Shown here: in pieces, positions 14,013-26,528 of the stretch
Numbering within the stretch: position 1 is the stretch's first letter
Layout of the letters: every line of letters begins with the position of its first letter
From: the human T2T-CHM13v2.0 reference genome, Homo sapiens
Strand: one strand, 5' to 3'
Assembly (NCBI RefSeq): GCF_009914755.1
Contig: NC_060945.1
DNA length: 64,000 nucleotides
The notes under the pieces: model-generated
The model's database searches: none
What the model saw: the letters and a program-made list of their open reading frames with translations, nothing else
What the model was told of the DNA's origin: nothing
Made by a program: the position numbers and the translations under genes

Positions 14013-16012
14013 ACAATGAGAACACATGGACACAGGAAGGGGAACATCACACACTGGGGCCTGTGTAGGGGGAGCGGGGAGGGATAGCATTAGGAGATAT
14101 ACCTAATGTTAAATGACAAGTTAATGGGTGCAGCACACCAACATGGCACATGTATACATATGTAACAAACCTGCACGTTGTGCACGTTGTGCACATGTAC
14201 CCTAAAACTTAAAGTATAATAAAAAAATTAAATTAAAAAATAAAAATAAAATAAAATTCTTTAAAATATTTCTATATTATATTTATGATTATATTTATAT
14301 TATATTTTAAAGGGGATTTATTTCAGAAACACACAAACACAAGAGAACACTTCATAAGCCACTTTACACAATAAAATAGGTAATAGTAACATACACATTT
14401 TGGCAAGCATAAACACTGAGGTATACTAATAACAGTCACACAGGTATAACAATTATGAGCAGATGAACAATATTCATAAAGAAATAGGTCAAAAAGCAAA
14501 ATGTATGAACGCTTATCACTATGGCTGGTAACTGTGTGCACCCAGCTTTATAACTGCAGTCATCTGAAACACTGTGATGAACAACCCAAGTCTTTTGATA
14601 AGATTAATCCAAAACCATGATGGGTCACTGCCGCGTCATCACTGTAAGTAGCCCAAAGAGCCAGTATCTCGAGAAATTTTATCTTTCACAAATGCAAATG
14701 TACAAAAAGGATATCTCTTATATAACATTTTTACATACACGCACAATGTTTACACACCTAGTCAACATTGTGATGATGCACGTTCATGGAATCACATTTG
14801 TAAAAAATTACATAAAACAAATTAGAACTCTCTGAAAGTCTTAATACAATTTACATCTCCAGTGTTAGCGATTATGAAAAGGTGAAATATATAGCACAGC
14901 ATATTGTAAAAAATAATGCCAACAATTTTAAATAGTGAAAAACACTAAAAATAAAAGAAAATTTAACATGAAAAAACACATTGCAAAGAAAGACTGTGAG
15001 CAATTGCACACAGACAGCCCCTAAAAGCTAACTTTCATAATCACTAACTATATTCTGAAGTCTGGCATCATGAGAAGCTTCTTTTTATCTTTTGGGATAT
15101 GTATCTCCTTGGAGAATATGTTGACATTTATTTTCTATGTGGCACTGCTCTTTTTAAAATTACTGTATAATTCAATAGACACCAACATAAGCATTCCCAT
15201 CTTAAACTATTAAACTCTCCCATCTTCTGTGCTATGCTTATATGTTGTTTTGGATACTCAGAAATCCATTCCACATGCACCTATATGCAGACCACAAATT
15301 TGGCAGAAACAATACTGGTGATTCAACAGCAACACCATTGTGTGTTTCCTTATCCTACCGTGCACATAATTATTCTCAAACACTAAGTAACTTCTCTGGC
15401 TTCTTCAGCCAAATGCAGCTTTAATTCTTTAAAATCTGGAATGTTGTCAGCTAGGAAGGAATGTCAATGCAGGCAAATGACACATTTTTTAAACTGAAGT
15501 TTTCACTGGACCAATTCATCCATCTGAATTTCCCTCCAAATGCACTAGGCTAAACGGAAAAACAAACTTCATTAGTAATACCTTGAAATTCACTTTTATA
15601 ATCCTTTATGACACCTAATTTCGAGTCTGTCATTACGGTTTGGGAATTCAATTGAAATCCATTTCCTTCTGCATAAAGACTACAAGGTAATAGTTCAACC
15701 TGACATGATGCAACCATCCTGTGACTGTGACTTTCATCATTTTAGACATAAGGGATATTATACTGCAGGGATTTTCATCATTTGGGATTTCATCATTTGA
15801 GATTACGGCATTCAGGATTGTGTCTTTCAGAATTATGATCCAAACCTGACATCAACACGTGAATGGGGGATGCACAATCCCACCCATAGTACTTGGGAAC
15901 TCCAGTGGACCATGGGCTCACTTGAGCTCCAAGCTCCTGGGTCGAACATCCAACTGCCCTTCCTCACCTTGATGACCAAGTACCTGTGAGATCAGCTCTA
16001 TTCTACAAGGAA

Positions 16013-16296
16013 TGGTTATGCACACTTAGATTTCTAGTGGCCACCAAAAAGATTTAAATGGTGTAAAAAGTAAACAAAGTCAGACACTAGTTAAAGAGGT
16101 AAAGACAGATTTTCATCAGTAATGTACTATTGCAATAGGGAAATGAGTTCTGCATGAACCGAAGTCAACTTCAATTTGTGGAGAGGTGACTGGTGTTTTA
16201 AAGGGAGAATGAGAGAGTTGGGAGGGGGCAGGTATTAGAGTCAGGGAAGTAAAAAAAACCTACAAAAAACAGAAATAGGGAATCGGTTCATGTGAA
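16013..16296 (+). repeat. Diverged direct copy of 16739-17017
   Basis: Both begin TGGTTATGCACACTTAGATTTCTAGTGG and stay colinear to GGTTCATGT; about 85% identity by eye. Confidence 0.93.
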
Positions 16297-16787
16297 GTAT
16301 CTCAGGATGCAAGACTTCAGAATATAGTTAGTGATCATAAAAGTCAGCTCTTAGGGGCTACCTCTATGCAATTGCCTTGCCATATGTTTTCCATATGTTA
16401 GATTTTCCTTTTTTAAGTCTTTTTCACTATTTTAAATTGTTGGCATTATTTTGTACAATACACTATGATATGTATTTCATCTTTTCAACTGATCATGAGC
16501 CTTTATGTCCCAAAAGCCAGTATACCAGAAAGGACAGGAAGTTGAAGTTGAAGAACAGCAAGACTTTCATCAGAAAGTCACAAAGAGCCACAGTGATGAC
16601 TCCCTCTTTTTTAAACTTTAGCTAAAGGCTGTGGTAAAGTGGAAAAGGAAAAATATATTAAGAAAGCAGAAGATTTAAGACCCCACTGACTCTCAAACCA
16701 AAACAAAGCCCATCGTTGCAAACTTACAGAAGCCAGTTTGGTTATGCACACTTAGATTTCTAGTGGTCACCAAAAAGGTTGAAATGG

Positions 16788-17320
16788 TGTCAAGAATAAA
16801 CAAAGCCGGATGCTAAAGAGGTAAGGACAGATTTTCATCAGTAATGTACTATTGCAATAAGGAAACATGTTCTGTATAAACTGAACTCAGCTTCAATTTG
16901 GAGGGAGGTGACTGTTGTTTTAAAGGGAGAATGAGAGAGTAGGGAGGGGGCAGGTATTAGAGTCAGGGAAGTAAAAAATTACAAAAAAAACAGAAACAGG
17001 GAATTGGTTCATGTAAAATCCACACAACTTTGCTAACTGGAGCTTATCAGAGTTAGGCTCCTTCCCTCCCACAGAGGCTGGGAGACAGGGTCCCTGTATT
17101 CAGGTGTTGGCTGAAACAAACAGTACATCCTTGTGACAGCCTTGAGTGTTCTCAGGCAAGCATTTTATATGTGGGTCTAGGGTCATTCTTAGGAACACTA
17201 CTTTGAGCTATTAGAAACTATATTAGTGAGTGTTCAAGTCTTTATATGCCAGGCTGAGGCCTAGTCAAGAAGAGGGCTCCAAAGAGCCTGGCTAGAGTTT
17301 GGTGAAGGAGAGAATCTGTT
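16788..17320 (-). mobile_element. Old ERV-type LTR, family not determined
   Basis: TG start (TGTCAAGAATAAACAAAGCCGG), ~530 bp, resembles reverse-oriented ERV LTRs as I recall them. Confidence 0.5.
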
Positions 17321-17360
17321 ATAGTGAAAATTTACTACTCTCCCACACCTCACCATTAGG

Positions 17361-17697
<337 letters not shown>

Positions 17698-18439
17698 ACC
17701 ATTAGGTTTTAATAAAAACAAATCTCAGCATAAATTTCTTTATATAGACAGACATGTAGTAGCAACTATTCATTAGCAAGAAAGCATAAAAGAGTTTATA
17801 CTATTTGTTCTGTGTGCTGGATGAACGCTTTTTAGGTGGCCCAGGGATGAAACATTCAGTTGAAATAGACACTGTGAGATTTCCAAGGCAGGATTCTGTG
17901 CTTACACAGCACCATGCAGTCAGAAATTCTCCTAAGTCAACATCTGGATTGAAGGGAATCAAACCATGACTGTCATCCTTAAAAATATCAGGTCAGGCCT
18001 TCGTGCATTTTTATACTCTTTTTAAAAAGGATGGAGAGACTCTGAACTATTTTAGCCAATCCATATGTTCAAAATATGTTTAATTTCATCAGTGAGAGCC
18101 AAAGCCTATTTCTAACATCCATCAGGCTAATCAACAAACACTAGATTCAGCAATGGAAACCCAAATTTGGAATTGATATGCTAGTTCATAGAGTATCAGA
18201 GGTTGAACAAAAGGATATAATAAAGGGCATGTAGCAGCTGTTTCCACAGTGGGCCCCTCTCACATTATACCCCCTGCCACATCTGAACTGTGCTGCCCTG
18301 CTAGCATTCTATCTGGCCACATATAAAGTTAATGCCTTAGCTAAAGTTTGCTCATGCTGTATGTACTTTAAAGTAAATTACAGAGATTGTAATACATGTC
18401 TTATACAAAGCTGAACCATGGCAATGGCAAACATACTGC

Positions 18440-18548
18440 ACCTGGGGCTAGGACCCCTGGATTCTGATTTTAGGGCACCCACCTTGGACACACCGTCTCT
18501 TTGGACCTCATTTTCCTCGTCTAGAAAATAAATGGATTGACTTAGGTC
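18440..18548 (+). mobile_element. MIR fragment
   Basis: TCTCTTTGGACCTCATTTTCCTCGTCTAGAAAATAAATGG MIR core. Confidence 0.6.
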
Positions 18549-19669
18549 ACATTTCTCAAATTTGTCCTACAGAAACTTAGGGTTTTGTGGAGGAGATTCA
18601 GGAATCCTACAAACCTGTGATATACATTTTTATATCATTTATTTGCAGTGTGTTTTTAAAGAAAAAAAGAGAAAGTATGATGTACATGTCAGCATAGCAT
18701 GCACACACCCAGCAAAATTCAACAGAGTAGACTTAGTGCTACCAGACCAACTTGTTTTTTTCAATCTTAGAATAAAGCTTCTCTAACCATATCTGTAAAT
18801 GATATATAAAGATACTATAAACATGTGATTGAGAAGGTAGATTGTAACTCAACCTTTTTTGTTGTTAAATTTAGGCCCATGCATGTCAACTCATGTAAAA
18901 GTACGTGACAAGGGACATGACTAAGATACAGGTAATGTACTTGGCTTAATGCCAGGAAAAGCTTAAGGATGGAGGCCTTCATCACAGCATAGTTGTCAGT
19001 TATGCAATAGAAAGGAAAGGCCCAACATTTTGTGCATTTATTGTAAGTTCTTGTTAAAATTTGACTCTTTAATTTTAAGGCTAGATGCATTGTAAGTCTT
19101 GGGGTCTTTTTACCTAACTGTTTCTTTTCCCCAGGTAAGAAAAATAAATCCTTCTAAAGCTGAAAATTGATATGAATCACTGGTTAAAAATAAAGCTTCC
19201 AAGAAGATTTGTTGATGGATATGGTGAATGGATGTGGCTCAAGTTAAACTGTCAAAATGCCTGATGATCACCAGCTGATTTTTCAACCAGGATTCCATTC
19301 ACAACTGCACGTCAAATGAAGGAAACCTCTCTCAAACTGCATAACACAACTTGAAGACAATAAAGAATGAGAGTACATTGCCCATTCATTGAGAGTACAT
19401 TCAATGGGTTCGAGTGAAATTCTTCAAAATAATTTTGCCTTCAAATATACTCCAGTGTAAATCTGAAACAAAACATAGTGAACATACAACATAAACTCAG
19501 ATTTTTCAACAGTAATTGAACAATTTATAGGAAACATATGCAAACAATACTTACATCTAACAACAAAAATGCATTAACTTTTATCTTCAGATGCTGCTCT
19601 GTGGCAGGTCTGGGAGAAGCTGTTAGAAAAAGTTTATTATATCCTGGACTCTTGATACCAGCATGTCAA

Positions 19670-19785
19670 CTAGAGTGCATGCATGATGAAGCAGGGACTT
19701 TGCTTGGTTAACTGCTTATCTCCAGGATCTAGGATGACACATACTAGGTTCTCAATAAATGTTGTTGAATGAATAAATGAATGAG
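19670..19785 (+). mobile_element. L2 3' end
   Basis: CTCAATAAATGTTGTTGAATGAATAAATGAATG terminus. Confidence 0.75.
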
Positions 19786-20049
19786 TAAGTTGATACAAAA
19801 ATATACTTAGCATTATTATCAGAGCTGAGAGAAGAATTCAGATATGTACACTACAGATGCGTAAAAATTTATTCTAAGAAATGTTTATGCTATGACTAAA
19901 GAAGCAGTAGATTTTCATGGCTGTCTCCATTTTGTTTACTTTTATATAATATGCCCATATAAACAAATACAATGAAAATATATCCCTAGTAAAATACAGA
20001 ACACACACACAACAGGAGAGGGAATCTTTAAATGCATAGACAGGAGATC

Positions 20050-20222
20050 TACAAGTGGTGATATGTGGGCCAAATCCAGCCATGCCCATTAATTGACGTA
20101 TTGTTCATATGCTGTCAGGCTACAATGGCAGAGTTAAATATCTGCAACAGAGACAATATGGCACACAAAGCTGAAAATATTTACTGTCTGGCCTTGTACA
20201 GGGAGAGTCTGCCCACCCCGGT
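20050..20222 (+). mobile_element. MER58-like hAT-Charlie MITE
   Basis: CTACAATGGCAGAGTT...AAAGCTGAAAATATTTACTGTCTGGCC...TGCCCACCCC. Confidence 0.75.
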
Positions 20223-20753
20223 GTAGATAAAGTATAACATACCATCAATTAAGAAAAAATGTAATGACAATTATACCAAAAAGTAGTTATAAAATGGCAG
20301 AAAAAAATCAAAGGAGTATCTTCTAAAAGCTATTGCCAAAGTGATTGAGGCATTCCTTGTACATTATGAACCTGAGCATCCACTATAAAGAATATCCCGT
20401 TAAAAGCCATGCTTAATAATTCCATGCAAATTGTAGATGTTAAGACATAATCATTTAATCACAAATGTCTTAGGGTTACAGTAACAAAAGCAGCCAGTTC
20501 AAGAATTTACTTTTTTATACCTACATTTTCACTATCCTTAGAGAAATATTTCAGCTAAGAAAAAAATAATTTTCTTTTTTGTCTTTTTTTTTCTTAAAAA
20601 GAAGGTTAAGTACCTTTGGTAAGTATCTTTCAAATATCACAAGAAGGCACCAGCATGTATATCTCAGTAATTTTTTAGCCTTCATATATTATTTGTGAAA
20701 TAAAATACAAACACATAAAACAACACAAAACAAGGTATAAGGCGATCACACCT

Positions 20754-21731
20754 TTGGCAGGCAGAATTCTAAAGACATCCTCCCAAGATTCTAGTCCCCT
20801 GGTTATTCAATCAAACACACTCACCTAAGTACTGCTGTGAAGAGACATTGAAGATGGAACTAAGGATACTTATTAACTGACCTTAAAATAGGGAGCTTAT
20901 CCTGTATTCTCATATGGGACCAATGTGATCACATGAGCCCTTCAAAGCAGCAGAGGAAAGCAGAAGAGTTGCAATAGAAGGAGAACTCTGAGAGATTCAA
21001 AACGAAAAAGGGACTCCGTTTACTGCTGCTGTTTGAAGATGAAGGGGGCAATGTAGGGGTGGCCTTAAGAAGCTGAGTATATTAGTTCATTTACACACGG
21101 CTAATAAAGACATACCCAAAACTGGGTAATTTATAAAGGAAAGAGGTTTAGTGGATTCACAGTTCCTCATGGCTGGGGAGGACTGACAATCATGGCAGAA
21201 GGCAAAGGAGAAGCAAAGGCACATCTTACACAGCGGCAGGCAAGAGAGTTTGTGTAGGGGAACTCCCATTTATAAAACCATCAGATCTAGAAAGACTTAT
21301 TCACTACCATGAGAACAGTATGAGGGAAACTGCCCCCATGATTCAATTATCTCCACCTGGCCCTGCTCTTGACACATGGGGATTATTACAATTCAAGGTG
21401 AGATTCAGGTAGGGGCACAGCCAAACCATATCACTGAGGGAGCTCCTAGATAATAGCCATCAATAAAACAGAATCCTCAGCCTTGCAGCCTCAAGAAACT
21501 GAATTGTGGCAATCATCTGAATGAACTTGGAAGTGAGCTCTTGCTCAGAGGCCCCAGATAAGAGCCCAGCTGACCAGCAATGTGATTCTAGCCTTATGAG
21601 ACTCATAGCAGAGAAGCAAGTCAAGCTCACCTGGACTTCTGACCTACAGAACCATGAGAAAATAAATTGTGGTTTTTTTAAGCCTCTAAGTTTATAGCAA
21701 TTTGTTACAGCAATAATAGAGAACGAATACA
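20754..21731 (+). mobile_element. MLT1E-like LTR interrupted by a THE1 LTR
   Basis: TGGCAGGCAGAATTCTAAAG start; GGACTTCTGACCTACAGAAC...AATAGAGAACGAATACA end. Confidence 0.8.
21078..21433 (-). mobile_element. THE1C-like solo LTR
   Basis: CTAATAAAGACATACCCAAAACTGGGTAATTTATAAAGG...CAGCCAAACCATATCA; TSD CTGAG at 21073-21077 and 21434-21438. Confidence 0.93.
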
Positions 21732-21734
21732 ATG

Positions 21735-22825
21735 CCCTTGACATCCTCACCTGAACCAAGAAGTAGAGCTTTGCCAGCCACCTAGAAGCCCCCTCTATGT
21801 GCCCCAACTCAAATGCAGCCACCTCTTTCTCCACAAAGAAACCACTCTCTTGCCTTTACAGTATCTTCAAAGTAATTTCTTTCTTGCATTGTATAGTCTT
21901 ATCATCAAAATGATAAGCCCCAGATATTATGTATAATTTACCTCAATTTTTTAGAAATCAACACGTCTGTTACTTCCAATATACAGCATCTCCCTCCATC
22001 TCCTTCTTTTCCTTACAGTCCATCTGTGTAAAAACACAGCCATTTTAACCTGTAGAGCTTCTCTCGGTCAGGATTTTGTTGATTGATATTCACAGTGCAA
22101 TTCAGCAAGCTTCTCAGTCCTCTCTATTTTCTGCAAATTGGCAGCTAGATACAGAGTCTTGATCAATCTCAGATTGCATCCCTTTGTCAAGGTTATAGGT
22201 GTTGCTGTACTTCTCTCCCTTTAGGAGGCACAGAAGGTCTGATTTTCACTCTGGTCATGACATTAGCAGCTGAATACCTAGATCGTATTTCATGTGTGTT
22301 GCAAAATGGTGATAATTCTATCACTTCTTTCTCATTCATTCATTGGAATACTCTTGTTAAAGAGATGCTTCCCCTCATCTACTATTGATTACCCAGTGAG
22401 ACAGTTCATATGAGAGAGGGACTGAACGCTTGGGTTTTTCTCTTTCCTTTTAACCAGTTTTTGAAACAATGAATTGATTCAGCATCTTCCAAAGATAATC
22501 AATTAATTTTTAAATATCTTTATGAATTTAAGGATTTAAATATCTCTGATGGGGTTCACTCCACGTCAGTTAAAATCCTTATTAAAAGCCCAAATTGTTC
22601 CATTTTTGGCCAGTGAGTTGGCCTCTTCAAGTTGGTTTCTGAAGCCTTTTCTCATGACCCTGATGGTCTCTGGTGGGTTCCTTGAAATCTGGCATGACAA
22701 GGTGTTACAGGTTGATCTTATACATATACTGCCCCCGAGCCTGCAATCAGCCATTTCTCCAAAAAGTTCTGGTTGCCTCAGTGGGAAATAGTATTTCAAT
22801 GCCACAATCTAGGAGCTAGGATTAA
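21735..22825 (-). mobile_element. Ancient L1M (L1MC-like) 3' region
   Basis: CAAATTGTTCCATTTTTGGCCAGTG and AATCAGCCATTTCTCCAAAAAG...AGTGGGAAATAGTATTT resemble L1MC4/5 sequence; probably continues upstream of the MLT1E (~20685-20750). Confidence 0.65.
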
Positions 22826-23839
22826 CGATATTTTAAAAATTGGAACAAACTCAAGTTGGCAAGAGATAGTGATGTTACGATTCAACAGCAGATAAAGTGT
22901 CAACAAAGATGTCAGAATATAAAGCTTGGACCCAGCATAGAATCAAATGTTTACTCTTTTGAAACAACCTGTGAATATCTAACAAGACAACACTGGAGAT
23001 AGCTGAACATTCTTTAAATGACTTTGTTAAACATTTCATTATTTCAGAAAATAATATGCATTTTCACCAACACAAACTAACCAAAAAACTGTTTATTGGC
23101 TCTCTCCAAATTTCAAAGTTTATCATACAGAAATGCAGGAAGCTACTAAATCTTACTCATTATTTGACTGGAACAAATGTTCTACTCTTCTTTCAACCTT
23201 CCCAAGTGGTTTAGTTAAAGAATACACCAGAATGGTAAAGTGCAGTTTAAAGGCCAAAATTATAGTCATTAATTAAAACCCACTTTATCTAAAAGATTGT
23301 ATCACCCATGTTATTCACAGTACTGTTGACCCATGAGATTCCTTGCAACCCTGGACATTCTATGATTCCATATGCATTATAAATTTATTTCAGCAAGAGA
23401 CTATTACTCTTACTAGTCTCAGCAAGAGACTAGTATCCATGAGATACTAATGGAAGCAAAAGAAAGAGATACAATCAGGGACAAGAAAAGCAACTGTCCT
23501 CAAGAAATGCAATTAATAGTGTACAGAAATGCAATCTAAAAATTAAAACAAAATATGAAGCTATATGCAATGATTAAAAATTCTATCCTAGGAATATATA
23601 TACTGTATATGCTTTACAATAAGGAAAGTAAAGTAAAAATAGAATATGGAACAATATTCATATTTTGATACCATTTTCTCTTTTAAATAAAAACACTATA
23701 AAACTAACCAAAGAATCTAAAAGGAAATAAACCAAAATGATTAATAGTATATTTTATTTATTTTTGATATTTTTATGTTGTAGTGATTGAATAGTTTTTA
23801 AATATTAGTATTTTCATTTCAATAAAATACATTTAAATG

Positions 23840-24345
23840 TAAAACATGATCTATGCAAAAACTTGTATATGAATGCTTCTAGCAGCATTATTCATGATAA
23901 CCAAAAAGTTCAAATCACCTTTCATCAGCTGATGAAAGGATGAACAAAGTGTGGTATATTCAAACAAGAGGCTATTATTCTACAATAAAATGGAAAAAAG
24001 TATACACTACAACATGATGAACTTTGAAAACATTATACTAAGTCAAAGAAGCCAGTCACAAAAGGCCACATTTTGTATGCTTCCATCTGCATGAAATGTT
24101 CAAAATAGGCGAATCCAAAGTGGCAGAAAATAGATTAGTGTTTTGCCAGCAGCTGGAGGAGGGGGAGGAATGGGGAGTGACTGCTAATTAGTACTGGGTT
24201 TCTTTGTGGGGTGATGAAAATATTCTGGAATTAGATAGTGGTGATGATTGCATAACTTCATGAAAATGCTAACAACCATTGAAATGTACACTTTAAAAGG
24301 GGGGACTTTGTGGTAATGAATTATGTCTCCAGTAAAAACTTTTAA
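23840..24345 (+). mobile_element. L1MB-like 3' end
   Basis: GCAGCATTATTCATGATAACCAAAAAG...AAGAAGCCAGTCACAAAAGGCCAC...GAAATGTACACTTTAAAAGG. Confidence 0.85.
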
Positions 24346-25874
24346 AATATATGTATAATGTAGATGGTAAAATAATTCATTCAAAAAACATTTACTTTTT
24401 ATAAAGCTCTATACAGATGAGAACAGGAGAGGAACTAGAGATCTTTACAAAGAAGGTGGCATTTGTGAGGGGTTTTAGGCATAGAAGCGTGCACCATTTG
24501 CCCAAGTTTTAGCAAGCATGACAAATTATTAAAGCTAATGTCATCATAGTAATAAGGACTTGGGTACTATGACTTATAACATTTTCAACCTAACAAGGAT
24601 TCACTTTTAAGCCCGATCAACTGGAGGTGAAAGTTTTCTGCCAAGCCCCCAAAAGAATGAGGAATTTTTCAGGTTGTACATGTATTTCTTAACCAAAATC
24701 TCTGATTCTGCTTCAACATTTTGATTGCTGCAGCAATAATGTTAAAATGACACCCGTTAAGCATGCCGCAGCCTGCCAAAATGAAGTACATTTTTATCTT
24801 TTGGGAATCACATCATTTTGTATTCATAGAACATGCAGGAAAGCATGCTTTCTTCTTTATCATATTAAAGACAGTGAGCCCTCATCATTTCAGCTGGTTT
24901 ACCTAACTAACTTGCCTTGAGGATAACAGTGACACATTGGCAATCTCATCTAGCTATCTAAGATGCACATATATCACCTCTTATACACTGCCAGAAAGAA
25001 GGAAGAAAGACTCTAATTTTGTCTTTCTTAATCAGTGTTTAGCTGAATTAAAATTCAACATGGATTTTTCACTTCTTTACCCACACAATCAAGAGAGAAT
25101 TTTTTTTCAAAGTATTTCCAGGAAAATGTACCCATTTAAAAATTTATTTACAAATGTATGAGTAGTAGATAGTACAAACAAAGCATTAAATGATTACCAA
25201 ATATATCTGCTTAACCATTACAATGTAATTACAGAGGCAGTTTCAAAAGTACATTGTCAAAGGAAGGGTACCTGTTTGTAATTATTGGCCTGGCCTACAG
25301 TTTCTTGGACAATTCCATTCCTCAAGCACACTGGGCATTCATACCAAGTACACTCTGAGGCTTACTTTCCGTTTTCTCTTGTTTCTTTTAATGGTTACGG
25401 TACATACTTGCCATAAATAGTAGACTACCCAACATGTAGAATTTGCTTTGACCTAATTTGCAGGAATGTCTTATAAGTCTGTGTGCAATATCTATATAAC
25501 TAACATACACATCATCTTTGAATGCTCTAAGTACTATGAGAAAAACAACAAAAGGAAGGTACAGAAAATCTTAGTATAGCACTAAGAGGTCATCAACATT
25601 ACAAGCTCTTAAAATTCTTTAAAGCCTCCCTCCATCATTTATGGTTGAAGTTCTAAGCCCTTAATGTGGTTCTCAAAACCAGCCATAATCTGGTCCCTGC
25701 CTCACTACACTATCCTCTTTCTTCAACTGTCCTTGACACACTCTACAATGTAGTTATACTTGCATTTCCCAAATGTTCAATTTCCCTCCTCTATTTTTTT
25801 TTGTATTTTCTTCTCTCTGCCTGGAACATTTATCTCTTCCTGGTTCTTGGAGTAATTACTTTTTCAAGATTCAG

Positions 25875-26178
25875 GGCCGGACGCAGTGGCTCACGCCTGT
25901 AATCCTAGCACTTTGGAAGGCTGAGGCGGGAGGATCACGAGGTCAGGAGATTGGAGATCAAGGCCATCCTAGCTAACACGGTGAAACCCCGTCTCTACTA
26001 AAAATACAAAAAATTAGCCGGGCGTGGTGGCGGGCGCCTATAGTCTCAGCTACTCAGGAGGCTGAGGCAGGAGAATGGCGTGAACCCAGGAGGCGGAGCT
26101 TGCAGTGAGCCGAGATGGCGTCACTGCACTCCAGCCTGGGCAACAGAGCGAGACTCTGTCTCAAAAAAAAAAAAAAAA
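25875..26178 (+). mobile_element. AluY
   Basis: Diagnostics GATCACGAGGTCAGGAGAT, GCTAACACGGTG, GAATGGCGTGAACCC, GGAGCTTGCAG; internal 7-bp GGAGATT duplication; TSD AAGATTCA. Confidence 0.95.
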
Positions 26179-26528
26179 GATTCAACATTGTAAAACTTTG
26201 CTGAACTTTCTCCTCCTAGCTAGGCTGAGTCAGGTATGAAGGCCAATATGCGATCTTTTATCTTGACTTTCTTATGCCCAAAATACTGCCTGATGCAGTT
26301 AGTGCTTAATATTTTTTTCTAAATGAACAAATAATGAACCAGTGAAAAAATATATATAGCAGCTTGTCTTAGTTCATTCAGACTGCTACAACAAAATACC
26401 ATTGCTATAGTTTGTTTTGTTTAACCCCTCCAAATCTCATGTTGAAATCTGATCCCCATGTTGAAGATGGGGCCTAATGACAGGTATTTGGGTTGTGGGG
26501 GCAGATCTCTCATAAATGACTTGGTGTG

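Noticed and set aside
18548-19622. Possible ancient hAT element with degenerate TIRs enclosing the recursive-site candidate
   Set aside because: TIR similarity too weak to call by eye; needs a Dfam search. If real, it would lower the prior for the splice site being ancient.
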